A DNA stretch of 41,422 nt from Hyphomicrobiales bacterium (GTDB lineage: Bacteria > Pseudomonadota > Alphaproteobacteria > Rhizobiales > CAYWUX01), in contig JANQOC010000717.1 of NCBI GenBank assembly GCA_028279265.1, positions 1-41,422 on the forward strand, in the 5' to 3' direction. The notes below the pieces were generated by a model, which was not told the origin of the DNA, ran no database searches, and saw nothing but the letters and a program-made list of their open reading frames with translations. Position numbers and translations under genes: made by a program. Position 1 is the stretch's first letter, and each line of letters opens with the position of its first letter. Shown here piece after piece: positions 31,641 to 40,542 of the stretch.

Positions 31641-32567
31641 ATGGGAACTCGCCCATATTTCAAATACTATCCTGAAGAATTCGACAGCGCCGTTCGAGCA
31701 TTGGGTCTGAGCTTCGAAATCCGCGGGGCTTACCAGGCTTTCATAAACTGGCAATGGCAGCTTGGTGGACCTGTTCCTTACGACCCCAAAAGATTTTCCT
31801 TTCAGACCGGTGTTCCCACCCGAACCTGCAAGCGGGTTTTGAAGATCCTGTTAGATTTTGGACTGATTCGCTTTGTCACCAATGACCACGTTGAAAATCC
31901 GAAGATGGCGGATATGATCCACAGTTATTTTCAGAAGGCGGAAATTATGAACCGCAACCGCCGAAAAAATAGAAACGTCAAACAAACGGCTGTTAAAGCG
32001 CCCGTTAAACGCGCGTTTAAAAACGATTCAGTTCCGAAAAACCCAATAAAAACAACGGATGAATTTTCAAATCAGGGGGACAAGTTAGAAGTTAGAAGTT
32101 ATAAATATAAAAACTATCTCCCTACTGAGGTAGAGACTCAGAAGGATGAGGGGGATAATTTAGATATTGAAAAATTTGAAGATGTATTCTATCAGGCCAT
32201 CAGTCCTGATCAGCCGATTGATCACAAAAACACCCCCCTAAACGGATCCTTCGAAACTATCGTGCGCTTTCATGAGCGCCATGGAAGCCTGACACCGAAC
32301 AGCGCCATCGCTGCGGTTCAGAAGTTGATGGACGATTATCCTCCCGAGATAATCAAACACGCCCACCGCCTGGCAATGTCGGACAACATCCGGAATAAAT
32401 ATCAATATTTCTCCAAAGTACTGGCCAATGAAACCGCGCCGGCGGATCCCGCCCTAGACAATCGTCCGGACTGGGTGAAGGAAAAAGAAAAACACGACGA
32501 GTTCATGAAAAAGACTTCACTGGGGACGCCCGGGATTTTTGAACAGATTGCTGCCCTAGACGATTGA
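31641..32567 (+). CDS. Replication organiser: DUF1376 (YdaU-like) N-domain plus DnaD-like C-domain
   Basis: N-terminus YFKYYPEEFDSAVRALGLSFEIRGAYQAFINWQWQ (DUF1376 pattern). C-terminus ...PEIIKHAHRLAMSDNIRNKYQYFSKVLANE (DnaD/DnaB_2-like). The two are joined by a basic linker. Confidence 0.65.
   Translation: MGTRPYFKYYPEEFDSAVRALGLSFEIRGAYQAFINWQWQLGGPVPYDPKRFSFQTGVPTRTCKRVLKILLDFGLIRFVTNDHVENPKMADMIHSYFQKAEIMNRNRRKNRNVKQTAVKAPVKRAFKNDSVPKNPIKTTDEFSNQGDKLEVRSYKYKNYLPTEVETQKDEGDNLDIEKFEDVFYQAISPDQPIDHKNTPLNGSFETIVRFHERHGSLTPNSAIAAVQKLMDDYPPEIIKHAHRLAMSDNIRNKYQYFSKVLANETAPADPALDNRPDWVKEKEKHDEFMKKTSLGTPGIFEQIAALDD
31990..32120. other. Candidate replication origin inside the organiser gene linker
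   Basis: GTTAAAGCGC / GTTAAACGCGC direct repeats. 16-bp perfect palindrome TTAAACGCGCGTTTAA (32005..32020). GTTAGAA GTTAGAA GTTA tandem (32084..32101) followed by an AT-rich tract. Confidence 0.4.
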
Positions 32568-32593
32568 CACCCTCAGACCAAATCAGTTAATTC

Positions 32594-32608
32594 AAAACTT
32601 ATGGTTCA
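32594..32608 (+). promoter_or_regulatory. Third copy of the 13-mer AACTTATGGTTCA, 17 nt upstream of ATG 32625
   Basis: Exact match to the reverse complements of 20780..20792 and 28233..28245. It has the same orientation relative to its downstream gene. Confidence 0.6.
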
Positions 32609-32624
32609 TTAAAAAGGGGTCGTC

Positions 32625-33302
32625 ATGTTCGGGAAATACGAAAAACACAGCGTCGTTCGAAACTTCATGGATCCGGTTTCTCGCCATCGGCCATTCGAAA
32701 AGCGCCTTTCGGAAAAGCCGGCCGATTTTGAAAATTGGGTCGGGGACTATTGCGCAATCCTGGGGCATCACCAGCCAGAAACTTTGATGAAGGCGGCCGC
32801 CTTGGCTGTTCAGGCGACGACAAACCGCGCCTTCCCGACAATCCCCGAGGTTCAGAAGCATTGTGAAAGCGTCGTCGGCGTCGCCATCGACAAGGGGACC
32901 ATGAAGTTTGAAAATAAATGGTCCGATGAAAACCGCACTCCCGATGAAGACAAGCCCGGTCGGCATTTCGAAGCTGCAAGGTTAATGCAATCGGAGTTTG
33001 GCGAAGAGGCTCTTCGTCGCGGGGTTCATATGGGGCTTTACGATCTGTTTCGATATAATCCGCAGTTAATTCCAACGGAAGCGACCTTTCGGGAATTGGA
33101 AGAGCAAAAGGCCACGCATGAAGAGCAGCGCAAAACTGTTACTGACCCTCGAAATTGGACAGCCGCCGATCTGCAAGCTGCTTGCCTGGCCGCCTTGGAG
33201 GGAATGGACGCCGGCGCTGAGAAGGTCGCCCAGGTCATTCGCGGTGAACTAAAAGCCGGTGTTTTTGCTTATGGAAGGAATTATCGTGCGAACCAAGCTT
33301 GA
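32625..33302 (+). CDS. Hypothetical protein (possible replication/helicase-loader accessory, by position)
   Basis: Track ORF with SD aaaagggg, directly after the organiser gene. W..Y..IL......L..A.......FP.I.E motif only. Confidence 0.55.
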   Translation: MFGKYEKHSVVRNFMDPVSRHRPFEKRLSEKPADFENWVGDYCAILGHHQPETLMKAAALAVQATTNRAFPTIPEVQKHCESVVGVAIDKGTMKFENKWSDENRTPDEDKPGRHFEAARLMQSEFGEEALRRGVHMGLYDLFRYNPQLIPTEATFRELEEQKATHEEQRKTVTDPRNWTAADLQAACLAALEGMDAGAEKVAQVIRGELKAGVFAYGRNYRANQA

Positions 33303-33459
33303 AGAGAAAGACCGGAAGAAAATCTTGGAACTTTATAAAAACGGTTATCACACCGCCATGATAGCCCGACGGTTTAATATTTCAGCGAACCATGTTCGCA
33401 AACTGGCAAGCAATGCGGGCGTTAGAGCAAGGCGGGTTCGTCAGACTGAGCCAGTTTAG
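33271..33459 (+). CDS. Small HTH protein
   Basis: KILELYKNGYHTAMIARRFNISANHVRKLASNAG is a resolvase/sigma-r4-type HTH. The start is ATG 33271 or GTG 33286 (SD ggaagga). Confidence 0.55.
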   Translation: MEGIIVRTKLEEKDRKKILELYKNGYHTAMIARRFNISANHVRKLASNAGVRARRVRQTEPV

Positions 33460-33484
33460 TGTCTTAATCGAGGATTATGGGATT

Positions 33485-33676
33485 ATGACCGATATGGAAA
33501 AGCGGCTTTGCAGAGCATTGAAAATGGTTTTGCCGTTAGCCAAGAAAAATTTAAAACCCGAAACTTCTTACAGTGATAATCCTTACAAACATGAGGCAGA
33601 AGCTTGGGAGCTGTCGCGAAAAATCGAAATTGCAGAGGCGACGCTAAGGGACGCTGAAGCTCGTAATGAAGGATAA
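33485..33676 (+). CDS. Hypothetical small protein
   Basis: ATG 33485 after SD gagga. The track's longer version overlaps the upstream gene. Confidence 0.5.
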   Translation: MTDMEKRLCRALKMVLPLAKKNLKPETSYSDNPYKHEAEAWELSRKIEIAEATLRDAEARNEG

Positions 33677-33822
33677 TGAGCATGAAAAATATAACTGAAC
33701 ATGCTTTTCATTTTTGTGGTTCGTGTCTCACCATGTTTTCTTTCAAAAAGAAGGGGAACAAAACTAGATACACAAGCTGCCCGTCATGCTTTGTCGTTCA
33801 TGAAATAAAGTATCTTAACTAG
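33676..33822 (+). CDS. Zinc-ribbon mini-protein (48 aa)
   Basis: Hand-translated: MSMKNITEHAFHFCGSCLTMFSFKKKGNKTRYTSCPSCFVVHEIKYLN (CxxC...CxxC). TAATG overlap with the upstream stop. Confidence 0.5.
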   Translation: MSMKNITEHAFHFCGSCLTMFSFKKKGNKTRYTSCPSCFVVHEIKYLN

Positions 33823-33835
33823 GGGATATGAGCCG

Positions 33836-34213
33836 ATGCCAAGATATTACAAAGATCACAAGCGCGGATACGATTTAGATTTGGAGCTTCCATTTCTTGA
33901 ATCTAATGGCGTCAAATACTGCCTCGGGTCGTCTGACTCATTCATCTTGGTTTGCATGGAATGCGGAGAAGAACATTTCCGTGAGCGTCCAGCAATCCCC
34001 GGTAATTGCTTTCAAGGCTGTGGACCTATGGTTCCATTGACATTCGATAATAGAGAACAGGCTCTTAAAATCTGGGAGCAAAATGGAGGCCGAATAACAA
34101 CGGTCCAAGAACGCAAGCAAATTAGATTGGACGATGAAGAACGCCGACCTTGGCACTGGCAATTTGGCGACAAGACGGAAGCGGATTTCCCGCTCGGATA
34201 TGTCAAAGAATAG
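33836..34213 (+). CDS. Hypothetical protein with a Cys-cluster (CMEC...CFQGC)
   Basis: Track ORF, 125 aa. Confidence 0.6.
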   Translation: MPRYYKDHKRGYDLDLELPFLESNGVKYCLGSSDSFILVCMECGEEHFRERPAIPGNCFQGCGPMVPLTFDNREQALKIWEQNGGRITTVQERKQIRLDDEERRPWHWQFGDKTEADFPLGYVKE

Positions 34214-34232
34214 AAGCTCTTTATTGAAGGTT

Positions 34233-34433
34233 ATGAGCGCGATGGACTACGCAAAGAAATGGAACGACTTCAATGTCATCTACGATCTCAAAAAGACGGT
34301 CGTATATCCCAAAGGTATGGAGGCCGACACGTTGGAAAATGTTCTCAAAAAATGCGGGCACAAAATCGTTCCGATTGGTGAGCGTAAGTCATCTACAGAC
34401 TTTGAAACGATGCCTGAGAAGAAAGTGTTTTAA
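34233..34433 (+). CDS. Hypothetical small protein
   Basis: ATG 34233 after SD gaagg (MSAMDYAKKWNDF...). The longer track version overlaps the upstream gene. Confidence 0.5.
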   Translation: MSAMDYAKKWNDFNVIYDLKKTVVYPKGMEADTLENVLKKCGHKIVPIGERKSSTDFETMPEKKVF

Positions 34434-34442
34434 TAGAAAGAT

Positions 34443-34595
34443 ATGAGCATGAATAATCTACCTCTTGACGGACCTGTAAGCATTACAATTCGGCGCATCA
34501 AATGCCCAATTTGTAAAACCGTTCTTGATGTGGTCATTGACCCGACAGGACCGCCCGAAAAATGCAAAGTATGTGGGTCTGGACTAAATTTGTGA
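34443..34595 (+). CDS. Zinc-ribbon mini-protein (50 aa)
   Basis: Hand-translated: MSMNNLPLDGPVSITIRRIKCPICKTVLDVVIDPTGPPEKCKVCGSGLNL. Confidence 0.5.
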   Translation: MSMNNLPLDGPVSITIRRIKCPICKTVLDVVIDPTGPPEKCKVCGSGLNL

Positions 34596-34644
34596 AAAAT
34601 AGATGCGGGTTATGAAAAACGGATTTTTATAGGGAATAAATATA

Positions 34645-35079
34645 ATGAGCAGATCAGGTTACGGAGACGATTGCGAGAATTGGGCGATCATATGCTGGCG
34701 CGGCGCTGTTGCTAGTGGCATTCGTGGAAAACGCGGTCAAGCATTCCTGAGAGAAATGCTGAAAGCCTTAGACGAACTTGAACAGCATGAACTCATCACC
34801 GACGATTTAGAGCGGGAGGGCAAAGTCTGCGCGTTGGGTGCGGTCGGCGTAAAACGCGGTTTAGATATGTCAAAGCTCGATCCGTACGAGTCAGACCAGA
34901 TTGCCGAGGCATTCGGTATCAGTCGCGCTCTGGCTTGCGAGATCGTCTATATGAACGACGAAGCTGGTTTGTATTGGAACCCTGATGAGACAGTTCGAAA
35001 CCGCAATCGATATGAGCGTATGCGCCGCTGGGTGATTGAGCATATCAACGGCGACCTGCCATCAACGGCAGTAACTTAA
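34645..35079 (+). CDS. Hypothetical protein
   Basis: Track ORF, 144 aa, starts ATGAGC. Confidence 0.6.
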   Translation: MSRSGYGDDCENWAIICWRGAVASGIRGKRGQAFLREMLKALDELEQHELITDDLEREGKVCALGAVGVKRGLDMSKLDPYESDQIAEAFGISRALACEIVYMNDEAGLYWNPDETVRNRNRYERMRRWVIEHINGDLPSTAVT

Positions 35080-35101
35080 TGGGTCATAAAAGGAAAAAGA
35101 A

Positions 35102-35437
35102 ATGACTGTTATGACGTCAGAAGACGAGCGATTGCAAATATGTGAAATCATCCAATCGCAACCGTTACGAGAAATTATCAAAGACAATAAAATAGTTGGA
35201 CCGTATCCCGATGCAGGTGGAACTGTGTTCGCCCTAAGAGATGCGGGGTTTGAAATTGAGAAAGCAAGCAACCTTTCACGTTTGCAGCAACAGAACACAG
35301 AACTAGCTGAGGCACTGGAAAAACTCGTTAAGGCCATCGACGATCCAGTGAACAATGACAATTTTATTGAGGATGTGTTTGAGGAAATAGAGAAGTCAAA
35401 TGCTGTTCTAGCAAAGGTCCGCGATCAAGGATTTTAA
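35102..35437 (+). CDS. Hypothetical protein
   Basis: Track ORF, SD aaaggaaaaag. Confidence 0.6.
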   Translation: MTVMTSEDERLQICEIIQSQPLREIIKDNKIVGPYPDAGGTVFALRDAGFEIEKASNLSRLQQQNTELAEALEKLVKAIDDPVNNDNFIEDVFEEIEKSNAVLAKVRDQGF

Positions 35438-35446
35438 CAGGGAAAT

Positions 35447-35761
35447 ATGAGCATGAGCAAAAAAGACCAAGCGGAACCAACAGTTTCCGATATGGAAAAG
35501 GTTGAATTAATTTATAATTCCTTAACCAAATCACTTAATGACTGTAAAGCATCAGACAGTGAGTCATTGCTGGGGGCTTCTAGGTTTATCGCGGATCTGT
35601 TGTGTCTTATTGTTGAGCCCCATTCAGACGAAAATAGAGCAAAAATAATTAACTCGTTTGTTGAGTCGTCAAAGCAGCGTATCTACCAGAATTTCAATTA
35701 CCAGAAGGGGAAACCAGAAAATGACAATGCAGTCGAACGCGGCGATGAAGGCCAATCTTGA
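35447..35761 (+). CDS. Hypothetical protein
   Basis: Track ORF, starts ATGAGCATGAGC. Confidence 0.6.
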   Translation: MSMSKKDQAEPTVSDMEKVELIYNSLTKSLNDCKASDSESLLGASRFIADLLCLIVEPHSDENRAKIINSFVESSKQRIYQNFNYQKGKPENDNAVERGDEGQS

Positions 35762-36269
35762 AGATTACCTTCAGTCCGAAGAAGGTCCACCGCCGACAAT
35801 ACCCGCCAAGGGGCACAATCAGCCACCCCGGGACACCATACTGGACTGGCTGGTGCGTGAAGGCTATATCCCGAAAGAGGATCGGGAGTTTGCCCGGAAC
35901 TATGTCCGCTTTCTCGTTCACCGCAAGGATGTTCTCTCAAACGGTGATCATGACGCCACGGAAAGCCAGCCCTACCGTGAATGGTCCCTGGTTGATCAAT
36001 GGGTCCAGTCCATTATTCCCACACCCCAGTATGATGAAAACACATGGGGCCTTTGGGAACTCATCATTCAGGAAGAATGGGAGCGGATTACCGGTCGGCA
36101 GGGGCGATCTCAATTCCACAGATTTCGCCATCTGGCCGCGGACAACAATGTTTACTATGCCGAATACCAGGAACTTTTCGCTTCCGGTCAGGTACGAACA
36201 CTGATTTCCATGGCTCACACCCGGGCCAAGCGGGCGATGGCATTTGCGGAAAAGAAGAGGAGAAAATAG
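35721..36269 (+). CDS. Hypothetical protein
   Basis: ATG 35721 after agaagggga (MTMQSNAAMKANLEDYL...). Overlaps the upstream gene by 41 nt. Confidence 0.55.
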   Translation: MTMQSNAAMKANLEDYLQSEEGPPPTIPAKGHNQPPRDTILDWLVREGYIPKEDREFARNYVRFLVHRKDVLSNGDHDATESQPYREWSLVDQWVQSIIPTPQYDENTWGLWELIIQEEWERITGRQGRSQFHRFRHLAADNNVYYAEYQELFASGQVRTLISMAHTRAKRAMAFAEKKRRK

Positions 36270-36272
36270 AAA

Positions 36273-36443
36273 ATGAAAAGTAAAAAGATAACACATACTC
36301 AGAAGTGCATTAATTGCGACAAGGTGTGGACGTCTACGGCATATGTTCCGTCAGGCAAAGGGAAAGTGGCTATAGGTGTCTTAAAATGTTGCTTAGAATG
36401 TGGAGGTCAGGTTGAGTCCCCTAAGCGAGCTGCGCAGGGATAG
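36273..36443 (+). CDS. Zinc-ribbon mini-protein (56 aa)
   Basis: Hand-translated: MKSKKITHTQKCINCDKVWTSTAYVPSGKGKVAIGVLKCCLECGGQVESPKRAAQG. Confidence 0.5.
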   Translation: MKSKKITHTQKCINCDKVWTSTAYVPSGKGKVAIGVLKCCLECGGQVESPKRAAQG

Positions 36444-36470
36444 TTTTTACAATACGGAAAACTGCCAAAA

Positions 36471-36977
36471 ATGCCCAAAGCGGGAAAAACAGTCGCGAAG
36501 AACAGCAAAAGTAAAATGGGAAGGCCGGACAAGTATGATCCGGCCTTCTGTAATATCGTGAAAAATCTTTATCTCATGATCCCTAATATAAAAGTTGAGG
36601 AAGTTGCAGAACTACTTGGGATTAGCGTAAAGACATACTACAATTGGCAGGAAAAGTACTCAGCTTTTGAACAAAGCGTGAATGAAGGGAAGGTGGGGAC
36701 CGACCTAAAGGCCATAGAAAACCTAGCTGATATGGTCACGGGCTATGAAATAGTTGAAGTCCACATTAATAAAACAACCGGGGATGAAATCGAGGTTCGA
36801 CGGCAATCCAAGCCCGATCTGGCCGCGATCCGGTACTGGCTCAACAATCGGCGATCCGAGAATTGGCGGGAGCGTCGGGATAACAATGTGACCCATGATC
36901 TGGGGGATCCATTTAAGGAAATGATGGAGCGTGTCGCAGCAAGAAAAGGTCGCATCCCTGGAAGATCAGTTGAATGA
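36471..36977 (+). CDS. terS: Terminase small subunit
   Basis: GRPDKYDP...VEEVAELLGISVKTYYNWQEKY (HTH) and ...RYWLNNRRSENWRER are typical small-terminase patterns. Lies directly upstream of terL. Confidence 0.7.
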   Translation: MPKAGKTVAKNSKSKMGRPDKYDPAFCNIVKNLYLMIPNIKVEEVAELLGISVKTYYNWQEKYSAFEQSVNEGKVGTDLKAIENLADMVTGYEIVEVHINKTTGDEIEVRRQSKPDLAAIRYWLNNRRSENWRERRDNNVTHDLGDPFKEMMERVAARKGRIPGRSVE

Positions 36978-38520
36978 CTGGTTCTGGCGCCTCAACAATC
37001 TCTATTGGATCCTGGACAAGGAAGGTCGTGAAGTTCCGTTCATCCTGAATGATGAACAGATCGATTTTTACGAGAATATCCACACATTGAATGTCATTTT
37101 GAAGGCCCGCCAGCTTGGGTTCTCAACGTTTATTGCCATGTTCATGCTGGATAGCTGTCTTTTCGAGGAAAATGTCAATTGCGGGATTATCGATGTCACG
37201 TTACCGGATGCCAAGCGCAAACTGGAAAAGATTAAGTTCGCCTATGACCGCCTGGATCCACATATTCAGGCTGCGGTTCCCATTGAACGGGCCTCGACCC
37301 AGGAAATCATCTGGGCGAATGGCTCCACAATCAGCGTAGGAACGTCACACAGAGGCGGAACGCTTCAATATCTCCATATATCCGAATTCGGCAAGATCTG
37401 CGCCACACGCCCCGATAAGGCCCGGGAAATCATTACCGGGGCCTTGAACACCGTCCAGGCCGGACAGTTCATTGCCATTGAATCGACAGCCGAGGGCCAG
37501 GAAGGCCGGTTTTATGACATCTGCCAGACCGCCCAGACCCTAAAGCGGATCGGAAAAACCTTAACGGATCTCGACTTCAAGTTTTTCTTTTATCCCTGGT
37601 GGACCCGGGATGAATACAAACTTTACGACGATCAGGTACCGATCACGGATGAATTCAAAACATATTTCAACAAGCTGGAAGGCCAAATCGGTCAAGAATT
37701 ATCCCTGGAACAGAAAGTTTGGTACGTCAAAAAGCAGGAAGTCCAGCAAGATGATATGAAGCGCGAGTTTCCCGGGACGCCGGAAGAGGCGTTCGAAGCT
37801 TCTGTTGAGGGGGCGATATTTGGGAAACAAATGGAGGCCGCGGAATTTGAGGGGCGAATTGGCAGATATCCAGCCATTCCGGGTATTCCGGTCAATTCCT
37901 TCTGGGACATAGGTCGTCGGGATTATAATTCCATTTGGTTTGCCCAGATCATCATGGGGCCGTTCATTCGTGTGGTCGGGTTTTATCAGAATTGTATGTA
38001 TGGCCTGCCTCATTATGCAGAATATTGCTCAAATCTCTATCAGGAAAAGGGCTGGGAACATGGCGAAGACTATTTTCCCCATGACATCAAGGTCACTGAA
38101 TGGGGCACGGATCGAACCCGGATTGAGATGGCTATTTCGCACGGTTTTAATGCTGTCAAGGCACCAACTCTGGATCTTCAGGATGGGATTAACGCCGGTC
38201 GAGCCACGATCCCGATTTGTTATTTTGATGAGGAGGGGTGTGGCGATGGGATCAGAGTCCTGAAGTCCTACCGCTGGGAATGGGATGATATACGGGGCGC
38301 CTGGAAAACTAATGTTCCCCGCCATGATGAAAACTCTCATGGGGGCGATGCCTGGCGAACCCTTGGCGTGTCCTGGCGGGAAATCACCCCCGAACTTGAC
38401 CCTGGCCCGCGGCGTGACGAACTTGTTTTGTCCGCGAATCGGGATGGGTCTATAACGACGAACATGTCTGTTCGCGAGATCATCGAAGCGAAAGCAAGAA
38501 AAAAACGACGGAACCGGTAA
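36931..38520 (+). CDS. terL: Terminase large subunit
   Basis: ILKARQLGFSTF (Terminase_6-type ATPase motif), 529 aa, followed by the portal gene. The start is GTG 36931 or TTG 36970. Confidence 0.85.
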   Translation: MSQQEKVASLEDQLNDWFWRLNNLYWILDKEGREVPFILNDEQIDFYENIHTLNVILKARQLGFSTFIAMFMLDSCLFEENVNCGIIDVTLPDAKRKLEKIKFAYDRLDPHIQAAVPIERASTQEIIWANGSTISVGTSHRGGTLQYLHISEFGKICATRPDKAREIITGALNTVQAGQFIAIESTAEGQEGRFYDICQTAQTLKRIGKTLTDLDFKFFFYPWWTRDEYKLYDDQVPITDEFKTYFNKLEGQIGQELSLEQKVWYVKKQEVQQDDMKREFPGTPEEAFEASVEGAIFGKQMEAAEFEGRIGRYPAIPGIPVNSFWDIGRRDYNSIWFAQIIMGPFIRVVGFYQNCMYGLPHYAEYCSNLYQEKGWEHGEDYFPHDIKVTEWGTDRTRIEMAISHGFNAVKAPTLDLQDGINAGRATIPICYFDEEGCGDGIRVLKSYRWEWDDIRGAWKTNVPRHDENSHGGDAWRTLGVSWREITPELDPGPRRDELVLSANRDGSITTNMSVREIIEAKARKKRRNR

Positions 38521-40542
38521 ATGGCTGAACCAGGTACAGGCGGCGAAATTGAGTCCGAAGGCGATGCCAAACGGGAAGGCAAGACCGAGGCCGAACTTTG
38601 GAAGCAGAAAATCGACAGGGCATTAGCGGATGAAAAATCTTTCCGAGATACAGCGAAGAAAGCGGTTGAGATCTATGAGGCCCAGAAGGATAAGTCGGTT
38701 GCATTTAATATCCTACATTCAAATATTAAAACAATTGTCCCGGCGATCTACAATTCAACGCCGGTCCCGGATGTCCGCCGGCGGTTTTCTGACAATGACC
38801 CCATTGCCAAGAATGTCGGTGACGCGACCGAACGCCTAATTTCCTTCGATATCGATCAATTTGACCTCGATGATGAGATGGAAATGATGATGACCGACGG
38901 CCACGTTGCCGGTCGAGGCATTATCCGCGTGAGATATCGTGCCCAGCAATCCGGAAACTTCATCATCCGACGCACCACATGTGAGCGCTGGCCCTACGAT
39001 CGCATCGTCATAGGCCCCGCAAGATCCTGGGGAACCGTGCGGTGGATCGCTTTTCAGCATGATTTGACGAAAGATCAGTTGCAACGTTTAGGCGTCGAGG
39101 CGGTCCGCTTATCGAATATGGGTTTTGATGAGGTGAAGGCCGGCGAAGGCGATAATCGCGGGATTGAGAAATCCGCCCAGGTCTGGGAGATCTGGTGCAA
39201 AGATACGCGCAAAATCAAATATCTGATTTACAATGATATTGACGACGGCCTGGCGAAGGTTCTCGATGATCCTCTTGGGCTGCCGGAGTTTTTTCCCATC
39301 CTGAAGCCTTATATGCCGATTTCGCGAATCAGCCAATACCTACCGGTAACGCCTTATTTTATTTATGAAAAACTGGCAAATGAGCTGGATATCATCACCA
39401 AGCGCATCACCCGCCTGACGGAAATGCTCAAATATCGCGGGCTCACGGATGCCTCGATCAAAGCCGATGTGGACGCGATCATGTCCGCAGACGACGGGGA
39501 TTTCATTGACAGCCAGTCGGCCAAACTCTGGGCTAATGGCGCCGGTGGTTTGGAATCTGCGATTTACACCATGCCCCTGGACCAGTTAACACAAGCCCTT
39601 GCGGGTTTGTACGTCCAGCGCGACCAGGTCAAAGCGACAATTCATGAGGTAATAGGGCTTTCTGACGTGTTGCGTGGGGCATCCGATGCGCGGGAAACCG
39701 CCGCCGCCCAGCATATCAAGTCGGAATGGGGATCCCTTCGGATCAATAATCATCAGCGCGCCGGCGCTAAACTGGCCCGGGAGCTGTTCCGCATGATGGC
39801 GGCGATCTATCAGGAGCATTACGACCCGGAAACGATCTCGACGATCACCGGCCTGCCTATGAACGACCAGCAGCGCCAGATCTGGCCCCAGGTCCTGCAA
39901 TTGTTCAAATCGGATTTGATGTCGTTCAAGATCGACATCGAAACGGATTCAACGATCCGCGGGGACATGGCGCGATCTCAGGAACAGATGAACTTATTCC
40001 TGCAAGCCACCGCGCAATTTGCGACCTCCATGGGCGGTGTTCTCCAAATCGCCCCGGACCTTCTTGTTGTGGCCGTGGAAGTCTACACTTCATTCGCCCG
40101 ACAGTTCAAATTGGGCAAGCAGGCCGAAGACGCTCTGGATCAACTTTCTCAACGCGCCCCAGAGATGGCCCAGAAGGCCGCTCAGGGCGACCAGGAGGGC
40201 CAAGCCGAGGCTCAGGCGCAAATGCAGCTCGAAATGGCAAAACTCGAACAGGCGGTCAAACTGAAGGCCATAGACAAGGAAATAAACGACGCCAAGAACG
40301 CCGTTCAGCTTCAGATCGCCGAAATCACCGCCCAGGGCGCCCACATTCAGCACCAGGACAGCATTCAGCTCGAATATGACAAACTAGCCCACCAGAAGCG
40401 CAAGGACGCCCGTGAGCTTGAATTAAAAGCGGAACAGATGGACATCCAGGAAGAACAGGCCGACGAACAACGGGCTTGGGAAGATTATCACCGCAACCAG
40501 GATCGAGAAGACCAGAAGAGGATTGCAGCCAATGACCGTTAG
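38521..40542 (+). CDS. Portal protein
   Basis: 673-aa ORF starting immediately after the terL stop. It has the N-terminal FNILHSNIKTIVPAIYNSTPVPDVRR pattern and a long C-terminal coiled, acidic tail. Confidence 0.8.
   Translation: MAEPGTGGEIESEGDAKREGKTEAELWKQKIDRALADEKSFRDTAKKAVEIYEAQKDKSVAFNILHSNIKTIVPAIYNSTPVPDVRRRFSDNDPIAKNVGDATERLISFDIDQFDLDDEMEMMMTDGHVAGRGIIRVRYRAQQSGNFIIRRTTCERWPYDRIVIGPARSWGTVRWIAFQHDLTKDQLQRLGVEAVRLSNMGFDEVKAGEGDNRGIEKSAQVWEIWCKDTRKIKYLIYNDIDDGLAKVLDDPLGLPEFFPILKPYMPISRISQYLPVTPYFIYEKLANELDIITKRITRLTEMLKYRGLTDASIKADVDAIMSADDGDFIDSQSAKLWANGAGGLESAIYTMPLDQLTQALAGLYVQRDQVKATIHEVIGLSDVLRGASDARETAAAQHIKSEWGSLRINNHQRAGAKLARELFRMMAAIYQEHYDPETISTITGLPMNDQQRQIWPQVLQLFKSDLMSFKIDIETDSTIRGDMARSQEQMNLFLQATAQFATSMGGVLQIAPDLLVVAVEVYTSFARQFKLGKQAEDALDQLSQRAPEMAQKAAQGDQEGQAEAQAQMQLEMAKLEQAVKLKAIDKEINDAKNAVQLQIAEITAQGAHIQHQDSIQLEYDKLAHQKRKDARELELKAEQMDIQEEQADEQRAWEDYHRNQDREDQKRIAANDR

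Noticed and set aside
32084-32101. GTTAGAA tandem as a CRISPR or satellite repeat
   Set aside because: It has only 2.5 copies of a 7-mer, with no spacers. I interpret it as iteron-like, part of the ori candidate.
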